From assembly GCA_048938295.1 (NCBI GenBank), contig JBHLMI010000008.1, forward strand, positions 14,082-78,081: a DNA stretch of 64,000 nt. Reading direction: 5' to 3'. A program made the translations under genes and the position numbers. The stretch comes from Promethearchaeota archaeon. Lineage in GTDB: Archaea; Asgardarchaeota; Hermodarchaeia; Hermodarchaeales; Hermodarchaeaceae. Of this stretch, positions 1 through 9,553 are shown one piece after another; positions within the stretch are counted from its first letter, which is position 1; each line of letters starts with the position of its first letter. Under the pieces are notes generated by a model. It made no database searches. It saw only the letters and a list, made by a program, of their open reading frames with translations, and was not told the origin of the DNA.

Positions 1-333
1 AGTCCCAATTAGAGAGTTACCTTGACTAACGATATCAACAAGTCCCGCCAACAGATAACCGACACCGAGAAGAATTCCACCAATGGTAGCAACTTTTCGT
101 GGACCGATACGGTCTTGCCATCGACCAGCAAGAATCATAAAAGCTGCAAATGAGGCTAAACCGGCAGCGAATGGTAGTTGTGTCCAAAGTGAAGGCCAAA
201 CGTATATTCCTCCACGTAAAGCCGTTTGGAATATCGACCAAGCATAGATTGAACCTAAACAAACCTGGATAATGAGTGCGCCTAACACGACGAGGTAGCG
301 TCGTGAGCTTCTGATCTCAATATCTTCTGACAT
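1..333 (-). CDS. MFS transporter, N-terminal part (oxalate/formate antiporter-like); continues beyond the window start
   Basis: Own reverse-strand translation from ATG (complement of 331-333): MSEDIEIRSSRRYLVVLGALIIQVCLGSIYAWSIFQ...GILLGVGYLLAG. The hydrophobic 12-TM-type N-terminus and the YAWSIF motif are typical of the OFA family. The frame is open to position 1, which explains why the ORF track does not list it. Confidence 0.55.
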   Translation of the reverse strand, partial: MSEDIEIRSSRRYLVVLGALIIQVCLGSIYAWSIFQTALRGGIYVWPSLWTQLPFAAGLASFAAFMILAGRWQDRIGPRKVATIGGILLGVGYLLAGLVDIVSQGNSLIGT

Positions 334-460
334 TGCAAATCACACTGAGATTCACTATAATGGTGTATGAAGGTAGCTCAGCAAAATTGTAAGACTCAAA
401 TAAGTGTTAGGCACCATCCAGAAAAAACTGAGTAAAAAGCACCTCAATGTGTCCAATGGG

Positions 461-3226
461 CTAACGCTTCGAGTTTAATGAGCTGACAGGAATAATCAGA
501 TGCTTTTCCCGGAGTTGAAAAATCCCATTCAATAATTCAACTGGATTTTCATTCACTGTTTCTATGTATTTGTTCACTATCTCTGAGAGGTAAATATACT
601 CGCGCTGTTTGCTTATCTCAAGAGCAATGAAATGTAATCTACTTTCCAAATTGGTCAATCGGATATCACCGGTTTTTGTTACAACCTCATGAGGAAAGAG
701 AAGTGAAATGTGAAAGATTTCTTCAAGGAGCTCATTAGCATTTTGGAATCGTCTTGGCTCATATCCGTGATTCAGCAATTCATTTTGATAGTCAGTTTCG
801 AATCTTTTTGTGAACAATTCTAGTTTTTGTCGGAGTGTCTCGCTGGGAGTTCCACGATAAACGATGGCGGTTCGGACATGCTGTCCATCATTAATCAATA
901 CGCGGAAACCTTCGTACGTAATTTCAGAGAGCGGAGGATGGTCTTTCGGTCGTTTTTCTTCATTTACGTCAATCGCAAAAGCTTGGATGGCTTGGAGAAA
1001 ACCGCCAATCAATGAACCATCACGGCCTCTCTCTCCCATGGAATCAAAAATGGCTATGCCTGAGCCTCGGTGGAGAACGAGAAATCGCGAGATATTAGTT
1101 ACATCGTTATAAATGGCCAAGACCTCTTCTAGCTTTTTCTCGTGGGCTTCTCGTTTGGGAATGACATACCGTTTACGATAGCCTTTGCTATACGCAAGCC
1201 ATATAGCAATAAGTATAATCAAGAACATAATTCCGTAGATTATGAGTGCGAACTCGGGTCGAAGGCCTGTATTTACTATGACACTGAACTGGATCTCTGA
1301 TCCATCTGCAATAGATGCATTTGCATATCCCCACTTTTGGAACTCGAGTCCAAAGGTGATTTCACTATCTGGATCAAAGGATCCTGGTGAGAAAAGGGTC
1401 TCATATTCACCTCTAGAATTTTGTGTCATCTGAACGATCTGGTTCTGTCCTTGAGGGTTTGAGTAATGTAACTGGACCTGTGCATCAGTAACCGATTCTG
1501 CAGAATGAGTATTTTGGATACTGACCCTGATGTAAAACGAACCCCATCCAACGGCGCTATTCGGAGTAGGATATACGATGGTGATTTGGGCTTGGTTCAC
1601 TATTGTCACTGCTTGTGATGCTAAGCCACATTGGGTCCCTGAAGCATAAGACACAAGCATAGTGGTTTCTTCGCCGGCGACTTCTTCACATTGCACAGGA
1701 ACCTGCCACACCGCACTGGTAACGCGGTTAGAAAGCGGGTCGAATGTTGGAGTATCATCACGGTGACAAATGGTTCCGTTAGGTAACATTATCGAAATTG
1801 ACCCCTGATTTCCGGTCAATGAGATTGTCTCTAAGACTCCGATAACGCGGATATACTCTTCTACGAGGAGATACTCATTGGAGGTTACATTATCCCACGG
1901 GCCAGTTGATGCAACGCTTTTTTGAAGATACACCTCATTTACGTAATTCGTGCTTCTTGCAGAGATTGTGAACCGATCACCTGATAAGGCAATATTTTCA
2001 TCCAAAAGAAAGAAGCTGAACGACTCATTATATGAATAATCATTCACTGTGAAGCCTGCCGTATCATAAACACGTATCAGCTGCCATCCTTCCGGTAAAT
2101 AAAGCCCAAATTGATAACTGGAGATTCCAGGAGGAGGACGTCCGCTAGGAATTGTATAATTTACATTCCATGTAGGGGGTGAATTAACATCGACAGTATA
2201 GCCGGATTGGGCTTCATAGGGGCTCTCACTCTTCATCTTCATCGTGTAATCAAAATCAAATGATATTGAAAATGTGGAGTTGAAAGAAAAGAGTAGGGTT
2301 TTATTCCAGGTATTAAGGAAATCCACTTTTTCTTCTAACACTGGATCAGCAAATATGTCTACTTCACCATTATTGGTAGTTGTGTCTCTAATTGCTGTTC
2401 CATTCAGAGTAAGCGCCACGTCACTGGGAGCTACATCTGATCCAATTTGGTAGTTGAAGTTGTCAAAAAAGATGTGTCCGTCAACATCGAAGTTATTTAT
2501 GGTGGTTTTGAAGATATCGACACTAAGTATTAATGATCCATTAACAGGGACTGAGGGAACGTTCAGCGTAGTCCAGCTAGTGGGATGAAAATCAAGAGTT
2601 GAAGAGATCCAGTTCGTAGCCGTTGAGCCGAGGTTTGTTTTTATACTTACTTCAATAAATAGCCAACTTGCAGCAGTAATGTCCGGCGAAAATCGTATAT
2701 CAAAAAATAGTGTGAGGGAATCTGGTACTAAAGATGACGTATAGTCAAAGGGATTTTCTATCCACGCGTGTCTTTCTAAAAGCAGTTTGCCATAGGCTAA
2801 TTCAATATCCAGACAAGATCCTGGGTTTCCTCCTGATGTGTTAGCAAGTGAACTAATTAGTCCTCCTCCGCTATCAGCCAGGGTCCAATTAGTACCAGGT
2901 TCAGTATATTGTTCGAAATCTCCGTTGGGAACAGGATTAATGGTTGTCCGGACATTCTGAATGTCGGTGTGTAAATGATAACCTCGATAAGAGGTTGGAT
3001 ACCACTCAGAAAGATATGAAAAGGCCGAATCATTGTGGGCATTGAAAAAGTTCGAGCTGTGATTTTGGCCAAATTCATAGACAGTGAGGTTCGTGCCTGC
3101 TCCGATTAATTGAGTCGGTGAAGCAGGAGATGAAATTTGAGCAGAATCAATAGGCGATGTGGGAGTGATGACTAACACACTCACTAGGAGTAGCAAAATG
3201 GCTGAAAGGGTTAGTTTTAGTTTCAA
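461..3226 (-). CDS. large surface protein: signal peptide, ~640-aa N/S/T-rich ectodomain, single TM helix, ~250-aa cytoplasmic tail with a roadblock/LC7/MglB-like domain
   Basis: 921-aa ORF with a TTG start. N-terminus MKLKLTLSAILLLLVSVLVITPTSP is a signal peptide. A TM helix (ALIIYGIMFLIILIAIWLAY) is followed by positively charged residues. The cytoplasmic segment FLVLHRGSGIAIFDS..GSLIGGFLQAIQAFAIDV..ITYEGFRVLINDGQHVRTAIVYRG fits the beta-alpha-beta-beta pattern of the roadblock fold. Confidence 0.6.
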   Translation of the reverse strand: MKLKLTLSAILLLLVSVLVITPTSPIDSAQISSPASPTQLIGAGTNLTVYEFGQNHSSNFFNAHNDSAFSYLSEWYPTSYRGYHLHTDIQNVRTTINPVPNGDFEQYTEPGTNWTLADSGGGLISSLANTSGGNPGSCLDIELAYGKLLLERHAWIENPFDYTSSLVPDSLTLFFDIRFSPDITAASWLFIEVSIKTNLGSTATNWISSTLDFHPTSWTTLNVPSVPVNGSLILSVDIFKTTINNFDVDGHIFFDNFNYQIGSDVAPSDVALTLNGTAIRDTTTNNGEVDIFADPVLEEKVDFLNTWNKTLLFSFNSTFSISFDFDYTMKMKSESPYEAQSGYTVDVNSPPTWNVNYTIPSGRPPPGISSYQFGLYLPEGWQLIRVYDTAGFTVNDYSYNESFSFFLLDENIALSGDRFTISARSTNYVNEVYLQKSVASTGPWDNVTSNEYLLVEEYIRVIGVLETISLTGNQGSISIMLPNGTICHRDDTPTFDPLSNRVTSAVWQVPVQCEEVAGEETTMLVSYASGTQCGLASQAVTIVNQAQITIVYPTPNSAVGWGSFYIRVSIQNTHSAESVTDAQVQLHYSNPQGQNQIVQMTQNSRGEYETLFSPGSFDPDSEITFGLEFQKWGYANASIADGSEIQFSVIVNTGLRPEFALIIYGIMFLIILIAIWLAYSKGYRKRYVIPKREAHEKKLEEVLAIYNDVTNISRFLVLHRGSGIAIFDSMGERGRDGSLIGGFLQAIQAFAIDVNEEKRPKDHPPLSEITYEGFRVLINDGQHVRTAIVYRGTPSETLRQKLELFTKRFETDYQNELLNHGYEPRRFQNANELLEEIFHISLLFPHEVVTKTGDIRLTNLESRLHFIALEISKQREYIYLSEIVNKYIETVNENPVELLNGIFQLREKHLIIPVSSLNSKR

Positions 3227-3416
3227 TGCTCACCCTCGATTTATTGAAAGCCCGCGTCTGTTAGAATTCGATTGCTCCTTTAAATTACTTTGGACTTATT
3301 ACTCGAATCTGTCTGGTACTTAAGAACTTCATAACTGCTTAATTACACTATATGAGGGTGTTGAATTCAAGTGTTTGGATGAATGATTAAATATTATCAA
3401 TACACTGGTAGACGGG

Positions 3417-3818
3417 GTGTTAGTCATTTTGAGTGAAGAAGCCTATATTCTCGAGTTCTGTCGCCGGTGGCTCCCTGCCTGGACCGGCAATCAACCTGAA
3501 TTATTGTTACAGTTTTACACAGAAAATGCATTTTACGCAGATCCTGCACATCCTGAGGGAATACAAGGGCAAGACAAGTTAAGAGAGTATTTCACGAAGC
3601 TATTGAAATCCAACCCAAATTGGGTGTGGGAGCCTGTTGAGGTGTTTCCTACTCGGTATGGTTTCACTCTGAAGTGGCGGGCTTTGATTCCGGTGGGAAA
3701 GAAGAAGATAGTTGAGCATGGTATGGATATTGTGGAACTCGATGACGGGAAAATCAGCCGCAATGAGGTATATTTCGACCGGAGTCGTTGGCTTGAGGCA
3801 CTTCCAAAGAAGAAGTAA
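3417..3818 (+). CDS. SnoaL/NTF2-like (ketosteroid-isomerase-like) small protein
   Basis: 133-aa ORF with a GTG start preceded by GACGGGG. Residue pattern (..FYTENAFYADPAHPEG..WVWEPVEVF..) resembles SnoaL-like polyketide cyclase / NTF2-fold proteins. Confidence 0.4.
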   Translation: MLVILSEEAYILEFCRRWLPAWTGNQPELLLQFYTENAFYADPAHPEGIQGQDKLREYFTKLLKSNPNWVWEPVEVFPTRYGFTLKWRALIPVGKKKIVEHGMDIVELDDGKISRNEVYFDRSRWLEALPKKK

Positions 3819-4003
3819 GAGGTGTGCTAGTCTTACAATCTATTTTTTGGTTTTCTCATCTACTCTCATCGAATGTTTTTAGGAAGCAAACATTCTTAAC
3901 GGTTTTATCAAGCAGTTAGTTAATTATAGAGGAGTATGGGTTCAGTTACGAATAGGCACTGAATTCCATAATGATTAAAGACACAACAGTGAGGTAATAA
4001 TTC

Positions 4004-4537
4004 GTGGCGGACATATCCTCACCAAAACGATGGATATTCAAAGTTATTCTCATGGGTGATTATGCTGTCGGTAAAACTTGCATTATTCGACGGTATGTAT
4101 CAGACACCTTCATCGAGGATTACAAGGCAAGTATTGGTGTGGATATTACATCTCAAGAACTCGACTATAAAGACGATCTTGTGCAATTACAACTTTGGGA
4201 CATGAGTGGACAAACAGATTTCAAACTTGTCCGTAAACAATTCATGAGTGGCACAGACATTGGTATCATTGTCTTTGATTTGACGCGGCCAAGCAGTCTG
4301 TTAAACGTGGAAAGATGGATTAACGAAATTCATGTGATGCTACCTGAGCTACCTCTTGTGCTGGTGGGTAACAAATCTGATCTCTCCAATGAACGGCAAA
4401 TTTCCCGAGAAACGGCTGAGAAGACAGTGAAAAAGTTTGATATGCTTTTTTATTCTGAAACTTCAGCAAAATCTGGGGACAATATTACGCAGCTATTCAA
4501 GGATGTGACCAAGCGGTTAATGGCGGATATGAAATAG
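4004..4537 (+). CDS. Ras/Rab-family small GTPase
   Basis: GTG start with GAGGT 9 nt upstream. All G-box motifs are present: G1 GDYAVGKT, G3 WDMSGQ, G4 GNKSDL, G5 ETSAK. Length is 177 aa. Confidence 0.85.
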   Translation: MADISSPKRWIFKVILMGDYAVGKTCIIRRYVSDTFIEDYKASIGVDITSQELDYKDDLVQLQLWDMSGQTDFKLVRKQFMSGTDIGIIVFDLTRPSSLLNVERWINEIHVMLPELPLVLVGNKSDLSNERQISRETAEKTVKKFDMLFYSETSAKSGDNITQLFKDVTKRLMADMK

Positions 4538-4569
4538 GAAAGGGAATGTAAACAAGGGGGGAATAGGCA

Positions 4570-5487
4570 ATGCCCCAAGGGGCAGCGTTATTAGAATTCG
4601 ACCAGAAAATGGGACCTATCTTCAAAGTTGCTATTCCTAACACACTTGAAGTTACCCAGGATGAAACGATTGTTCTCTTCACCACGCGAACTAAGATGGA
4701 CGAAGGATTTACCAGTTTGAAGGTTAAAGACCGAAACTGGGTAACTTATCTGAATCCTCCTTATCTTTACTGTATCTTGCTTACACCCGCTGAACATCAA
4801 AACGACTTCGAAATACCCATGACAGAAGTACTCAATAATTTCCAACCAAATAATAGGGTTTCCACAGAGGTTCTTAATGAACTGTATGATGATATCGTTT
4901 CCCGTATTGGTGATGGTTTACGAAGACGTTTATCAGAACAACTAATAGTTCAAAAGCTTCTCGCATTCATTCGGGAATCACAAGAAGCGTTGCGACCTTC
5001 CTGGTCAATAAAGACTGGGTATCATTACCCCAGGGCTGAAAGCATCACCGGTGAATCACCTGAAGATACAAACGCGCTGCTTGGTGTTATGATGACAGCG
5101 GGATTACTCTATGGGCGAATCTGTGGAAATATTGCAATCTGCCCCCAATGCTCAAATCCTAAAATCGGACTGCACGCAAGTTGTCCGAAATGTGGGTTAC
5201 CAACTCTTGAAGCAGGCATAGCTATTGAGCATTTTACTTGTGAATATACGGCGTTCATCGAGAAGTTTTCGACATCCCAGGGTCTCGTCTGTCCTCAATG
5301 TCATGCTTTGTTATCGACTGGCACTTATCGATCTTTAGGTCGCGTCTACCATTGTGTCACTTGCAAAAGCTATCCTCCTTCTGTAGAGCCTATGTTCGGC
5401 TGTCTGACATGTCAATTTACTTTTACAGCAAATGAGGCGAAATATTTACCTGTATATTGTTTCACCATAGCTGAAGAGACAGAATAG
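4570..5487 (+). CDS. GTPase-associated protein: N-terminal alpha/beta (possibly roadblock/longin-like) domain plus four CxxC zinc-ribbon pairs
   Basis: 305-aa ORF starting 33 nt after the GTPase stop (operon). C-terminal half carries CPQC..CPKC, CPQC..CVTC, CLTC Cys pairs. N-terminal ~120 aa shows alternating beta/alpha propensity. Confidence 0.6.
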   Translation: MPQGAALLEFDQKMGPIFKVAIPNTLEVTQDETIVLFTTRTKMDEGFTSLKVKDRNWVTYLNPPYLYCILLTPAEHQNDFEIPMTEVLNNFQPNNRVSTEVLNELYDDIVSRIGDGLRRRLSEQLIVQKLLAFIRESQEALRPSWSIKTGYHYPRAESITGESPEDTNALLGVMMTAGLLYGRICGNIAICPQCSNPKIGLHASCPKCGLPTLEAGIAIEHFTCEYTAFIEKFSTSQGLVCPQCHALLSTGTYRSLGRVYHCVTCKSYPPSVEPMFGCLTCQFTFTANEAKYLPVYCFTIAEETE

Positions 5488-5564
5488 TAGCGAAATTCTA
5501 CTTTACTAGTTTTAAATACCAGAAGTAAGAAACCGGTACATCTCACTTCACCGAAGACTGTAAG

Positions 5565-6410
5565 GTGTCAGATATGGTTAACTTACTCATCGGGTTCGGT
5601 ATACCCAACTGGGCTTGGGACATCATAGCCCTTGTGATAACATTTCTTGTTATCCTTATCCTGATTCGTGTCAACGACATTCTTAGGAAGCGAGAGATTA
5701 TACCAATCTATATCTCACGAAAAGTCATCCATATTTTCGCGGCGCCAATCTTTCTTGTATGCTGGTTGCTCTTCTCTGGAGACTACTATAGCCGCTATTT
5801 TGCGATGATGGTTCCTCTCCTCTTCGTTCTGTTGTTCATTGGCATTGGAACTGGCATGATAAAGAATGAAGAATTCGTCAATACAATGTCTCGTGAAGGG
5901 AAACCTAGCGAACTGCTCAAGGGGACACTGTTCTATGCGGTTATCATGGTGCTTTCAAGTATCTTCTTCTGGTATGTTCCTGTTGATGGCACGTTGCAAC
6001 CGAGATGGATAGTGTTTATCCCAACAGCGGTTCTGATCTTCGGTCCGCTAGCAGGTGGCGATGGCTTTGCTGATTTGATTGGTCGACGGTTTGGAAAATG
6101 GAAGTTCCATATTTTTGCTGAAAAGAGCTTACTCGGTACGCTGTCAATGTTTATATTCAGTCTCCTTGGAACTTTAGGCCTTCTATTCGTTTTCTGGTTA
6201 GTCCTTGACCCTATTTGGGCATCAGTCAATGTAACCGTACTACTCATCCCAATCATCGTAGTATCCCTAGTATGTACAATCATCGAAGTCTTTAGTCCAC
6301 AGAATATGGATAACCTTTTGATACCATTGTTTGCAGTGATTACCCTCTTCGTCCTAGCCCTCGTTGGCTTGTATCCATACCCCATTTGGCATACCGGACC
6401 CCTACCTTAG
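5565..6410 (+). CDS. CTP-dependent polyprenol kinase family membrane protein (phytol/dolichol kinase-like, CdsA superfamily)
   Basis: 281 aa, about 7 TM segments. C-terminal motif GDGFADLIGRRFGKWKFHIFAEKSLLGTLSMF matches the VTE5/dolichol-kinase signature GDGxADxxGRRFG...KSxxGS. Confidence 0.55.
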   Translation: MSDMVNLLIGFGIPNWAWDIIALVITFLVILILIRVNDILRKREIIPIYISRKVIHIFAAPIFLVCWLLFSGDYYSRYFAMMVPLLFVLLFIGIGTGMIKNEEFVNTMSREGKPSELLKGTLFYAVIMVLSSIFFWYVPVDGTLQPRWIVFIPTAVLIFGPLAGGDGFADLIGRRFGKWKFHIFAEKSLLGTLSMFIFSLLGTLGLLFVFWLVLDPIWASVNVTVLLIPIIVVSLVCTIIEVFSPQNMDNLLIPLFAVITLFVLALVGLYPYPIWHTGPLP

Positions 6411-6474
6411 GTCCATTCAGAAGACCTTTTCAGGTAGGGCGTCCATTAACTACCTGTTCTGCCTTGCGGGTAGG

Positions 6475-7326
6475 ATGCGGGAGTCCAAATACCATCAATT
6501 GAGAAAGGAGCTGCAAGATTCATTGCCAAGACGTCTTACCATTATCAAACTCGGTGGGTCTCTCATCACTGATAAGAGTAAGCCCTATACTCTGCGAGAG
6601 GAGCAGCTGAAACGCATTACCCAAGAAATCGCGGAAGTACTCGGTCCCTGTGTCATAGTTCATGGTGTTGGAAGCTTTGGTCATGTCCCAGTGATTGAGA
6701 GGAAATTATACGAGGGTTATAAGGGCCCTGAACAGCTTCCTGGTTTATCTCAAACCATGGTTGAAGTATTTGAACTCAGGATGGCTGTAACCAAAGCTGT
6801 GACGGATGCCGGACTAGCTCCAATCGTGTTTTTACCGAGTAATATCTTCTTCATGACCGAAGGAGAAATTACAGGTCACTTCAGTGGGGGCCTTCGTCAG
6901 TATCTGGATTTGGGTATGACCCTACTCATGGGTGGTGATATGTGTGCTGACTCCCAACGTGGTTTTAGCGTTTGCTCCGGGGATAAGGTCGTCCAGCTGC
7001 TCTCGCGTCTTCTTGGACCCCGGGATGTTATCTTCGCTACAGATGTTGCTGGAATTTATACTGCAGATCCTAAACTAGATCCAAAGGCAGAACTCATTCC
7101 TCGTATCTCACTCGCCAAAATTGAAGAGTATGAAAAGCTTGCCGATGAAGCGGCGACCCCTGATATAACCAAAGGGATGCGGGGGAAGTTGGAAGAAATC
7201 AAACGATTTGAATCCATTCTAAAGAGTGGGGCTGAAGTGGCTATTTTAGGCATGACAGAGCCAGGAATATTACGCCGATATATGAATGGTGATCCGGATG
7301 TCCCTTGTACGAGAATCACCCTCTAA
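6475..7326 (+). CDS. ipk: isopentenyl phosphate kinase (amino-acid-kinase fold)
   Basis: Motifs IIKLGGSLIT and VHGVGSFGH plus an overall amino-acid-kinase pattern. Start moved to the internal ATG at 6475 to avoid overlap with the upstream gene; the ORF track starts it at 6364. Confidence 0.7.
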   Translation: MRESKYHQLRKELQDSLPRRLTIIKLGGSLITDKSKPYTLREEQLKRITQEIAEVLGPCVIVHGVGSFGHVPVIERKLYEGYKGPEQLPGLSQTMVEVFELRMAVTKAVTDAGLAPIVFLPSNIFFMTEGEITGHFSGGLRQYLDLGMTLLMGGDMCADSQRGFSVCSGDKVVQLLSRLLGPRDVIFATDVAGIYTADPKLDPKAELIPRISLAKIEEYEKLADEAATPDITKGMRGKLEEIKRFESILKSGAEVAILGMTEPGILRRYMNGDPDVPCTRITL

Positions 7327-7652
7327 ATTAAATCTAACCTCCATCAATTTCGCTTGAACATTCGACGAATCTAGGATTTAATCGAATCATGCAGAAGATC
7401 ATGTTGCCTAATCCAGCGATGGCACGAAAAGGCTACGTCGTGGATTCTCAAAATAAATGAATTGAATACCTAGACACAGTGTATCTGACTAACGCTGTTA
7501 TACGAATTTTCACGTCATATGTCCTTTTAGAGGGCAAAAAGGACCTGTAGAAGCATATGATGGATTTTTCTGAAAAGTACTAATTCTTTTTACGGCACTA
7601 GTGTATACTGTTAGAGTATCCCCACGGACTCGATACAACAGGATGGAGCATT

Positions 7653-8891
7653 TTGCCAATTAATATCATCGCATTTTTTTCCCCTTCCTCTATGAAACGC
7701 CGGGTTTCAGGAATCTTGGACAAACTCAAAACTGCAGAGGCACAAGTGTTTACCCCTGACACCTATGTGAGCGAGGGTATGAGGCGCGATAAAACCATTC
7801 GTAATCAACATAACTACATCTTTGTTGGATCAGGAGGAACTGAAGCGGATATTGTGAAATTCATAGGCAAAGTCAAACTACCTCCACCGATTCTCCTCCT
7901 TTCGTTTGACGAAGATAATTCTCTACCAGCGGCGATGGAGGTTCGTAAATATTTGGATCAAGAAGGCATTGAGTCACGGATTGTGCATGAGTCATTGGAT
8001 CGGTTGATTGACCGAATTTCTGAATGGGGTCACTTTGATACAGTTCTGACACGGTTGCAGAATAGTCGAATTGGCATCTTTGGGAAACCATCCGCTTGGT
8101 TAATTGCCTCGAGCATAGATAGACAGTCAGTGCATTCAAAGTGGGGAGTTGAATTCAAAGAATACCCCATGAAAACATTAGTAGAGCGAACAGATGATGA
8201 GCTTTGGGCCGAATTTGCCCCCAACCTTGAGAAATTCCTAAACGAGGCAACAACAATTGAATGTAACAACGAGGACCTACAGAAAGTTGCCATTGTCGCC
8301 CAAGCTCTGGTAGCTTCAGCAAAAAATCATGATCTCAATGCAGTTACCCTTGAATGCTTCAGACTCCTTGAGGAGACTAATACTTCAGGATGCTATGCAG
8401 TTTCTCACATTAACTCATTAGATGATCTTGTGGCAGGATGTGAAGGGGATTTACCTACGGTCTTTAGCATGCTCCTAGCGAAATACCTCACAAATCAATC
8501 TGTTTTCATGGCTAATGTGGTGGATGTGAATTTAGATAATAACTCAGTGGTATTTGCCCACTGCACCGTTCCAACGAATATCCTCGAATCCTATGATATA
8601 ACCACACATTTTGAATCGAACAAAAGTGTCGCCATTCGTGGTCGATTCCCCTTCCGTGATATTACAGTGTTCAAATTGTTCGGAAAAGATCTCACTGACT
8701 TCTGGGTATCAGAGGGTGTCATTACTAAAAACCTAACAAGGGAACATGCCTGTCGTACGCAAATCCGGACAACCCTCACTGAATCAGTGGCTTATTTCCT
8801 CGAAAATTCCCTTGCAAACCATCATGTCATTATTCCTGGGAAGCACAAACAGCGAATTGTCGACTTCTTTAACTTCATTCACCGACGCTAA
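7653..8891 (+). CDS. L-fucose/L-arabinose isomerase-like protein (COG2407-like)
   Basis: 412-aa ORF with a TTG start (internal ATG at 7692). C-terminal region ..GCEGDLPTVFS..FAHCT.. resembles the fucose-isomerase C-terminal domain. Assignment is tentative. Confidence 0.35.
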   Translation: MPINIIAFFSPSSMKRRVSGILDKLKTAEAQVFTPDTYVSEGMRRDKTIRNQHNYIFVGSGGTEADIVKFIGKVKLPPPILLLSFDEDNSLPAAMEVRKYLDQEGIESRIVHESLDRLIDRISEWGHFDTVLTRLQNSRIGIFGKPSAWLIASSIDRQSVHSKWGVEFKEYPMKTLVERTDDELWAEFAPNLEKFLNEATTIECNNEDLQKVAIVAQALVASAKNHDLNAVTLECFRLLEETNTSGCYAVSHINSLDDLVAGCEGDLPTVFSMLLAKYLTNQSVFMANVVDVNLDNNSVVFAHCTVPTNILESYDITTHFESNKSVAIRGRFPFRDITVFKLFGKDLTDFWVSEGVITKNLTREHACRTQIRTTLTESVAYFLENSLANHHVIIPGKHKQRIVDFFNFIHRR

Positions 8892-8906
8892 TCGGCTTCC
8901 CTTCGC

Positions 8907-9305
8907 TTAGATATTGTTAAAATTTCTTGTTATAATCCATCCGATCACAAACAGGGCGAGAATCACACATTGGATGGCTAATGTGGTGGCAAACTGCATC
9001 AGACCGAGGATTTGAAAAGTAAATCCTGCAACATTGGCAGACATCAACCCAATCACCACAAATATTGTGAGTACGGCGACAAAACGTCTTTCAAGGGGTT
9101 TCTGGTAAGCCCAAACTAATAGAAGGGTCCAGCCTAGCATCAAAGCCGCCCCGAACCACATCGCGAAGAGGTATTCACCGGTGATGTTAGTAAAACCCCA
9201 GATTATGGTTGCAACTAAGGGGAAAAGCAGGGGAATAAGAGTGATCGCATCCATTATGGCTCCTGCGAGAAACGCGATTTTCAACCAGATAACTCGGTGA
9301 ATCAT
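8907..9305 (-). CDS. hypothetical 4-TM membrane protein
   Basis: 132-aa ORF, strongly hydrophobic with four predicted helices. Confidence 0.45.
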   Translation of the reverse strand: MIHRVIWLKIAFLAGAIMDAITLIPLLFPLVATIIWGFTNITGEYLFAMWFGAALMLGWTLLLVWAYQKPLERRFVAVLTIFVVIGLMSANVAGFTFQILGLMQFATTLAIQCVILALFVIGWIITRNFNNI

Positions 9306-9380
9306 CTCGAAGAACCTCTAACCATTTTATTAAGTTAGAGAGACTTAGCAGTTGCTGCTTAATAAAAATACATTGATTAG

Positions 9381-9533
9381 TTATTCAGTGGGTTTGGTGG
9401 CTACAAGTACGCCTATGATGACAAGGAGACCAGCAAGGAATCCGGTCACAAAGAGTGTAATAAGCCCTGTGATGATTAGTAACACTCGGTATTGATACCA
9501 TATTTCACCGTCAGCACCTGAGTATCCAAGCAT
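9381..9533 (-). CDS. hypothetical small membrane protein (50 aa)
   Basis: Own translation: MLGYSGADGEIWYQYRVLLIITGLITLFVTGFLAGLLVIIGVLVATKPTE. Single or double TM. Not in the ORF track (below its size cutoff). Confidence 0.3.
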   Translation of the reverse strand: MLGYSGADGEIWYQYRVLLIITGLITLFVTGFLAGLLVIIGVLVATKPTE

Positions 9534-9553
9534 GCGGTGATAGTTATAAGAAG

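Noticed and set aside
35-262. 75-aa minus-strand ORF from the ORF track
   Set aside because: A different frame on the same strand encodes a coherent MFS-transporter N-terminus (ATG at 331-333, open to the window edge); the 75-aa frame has no features.
5933-6385. 150-aa antisense ORF inside the polyprenol-kinase gene
   Set aside because: Fully embedded and antisense to a gene with clear family motifs; composition typical of a shadow ORF.
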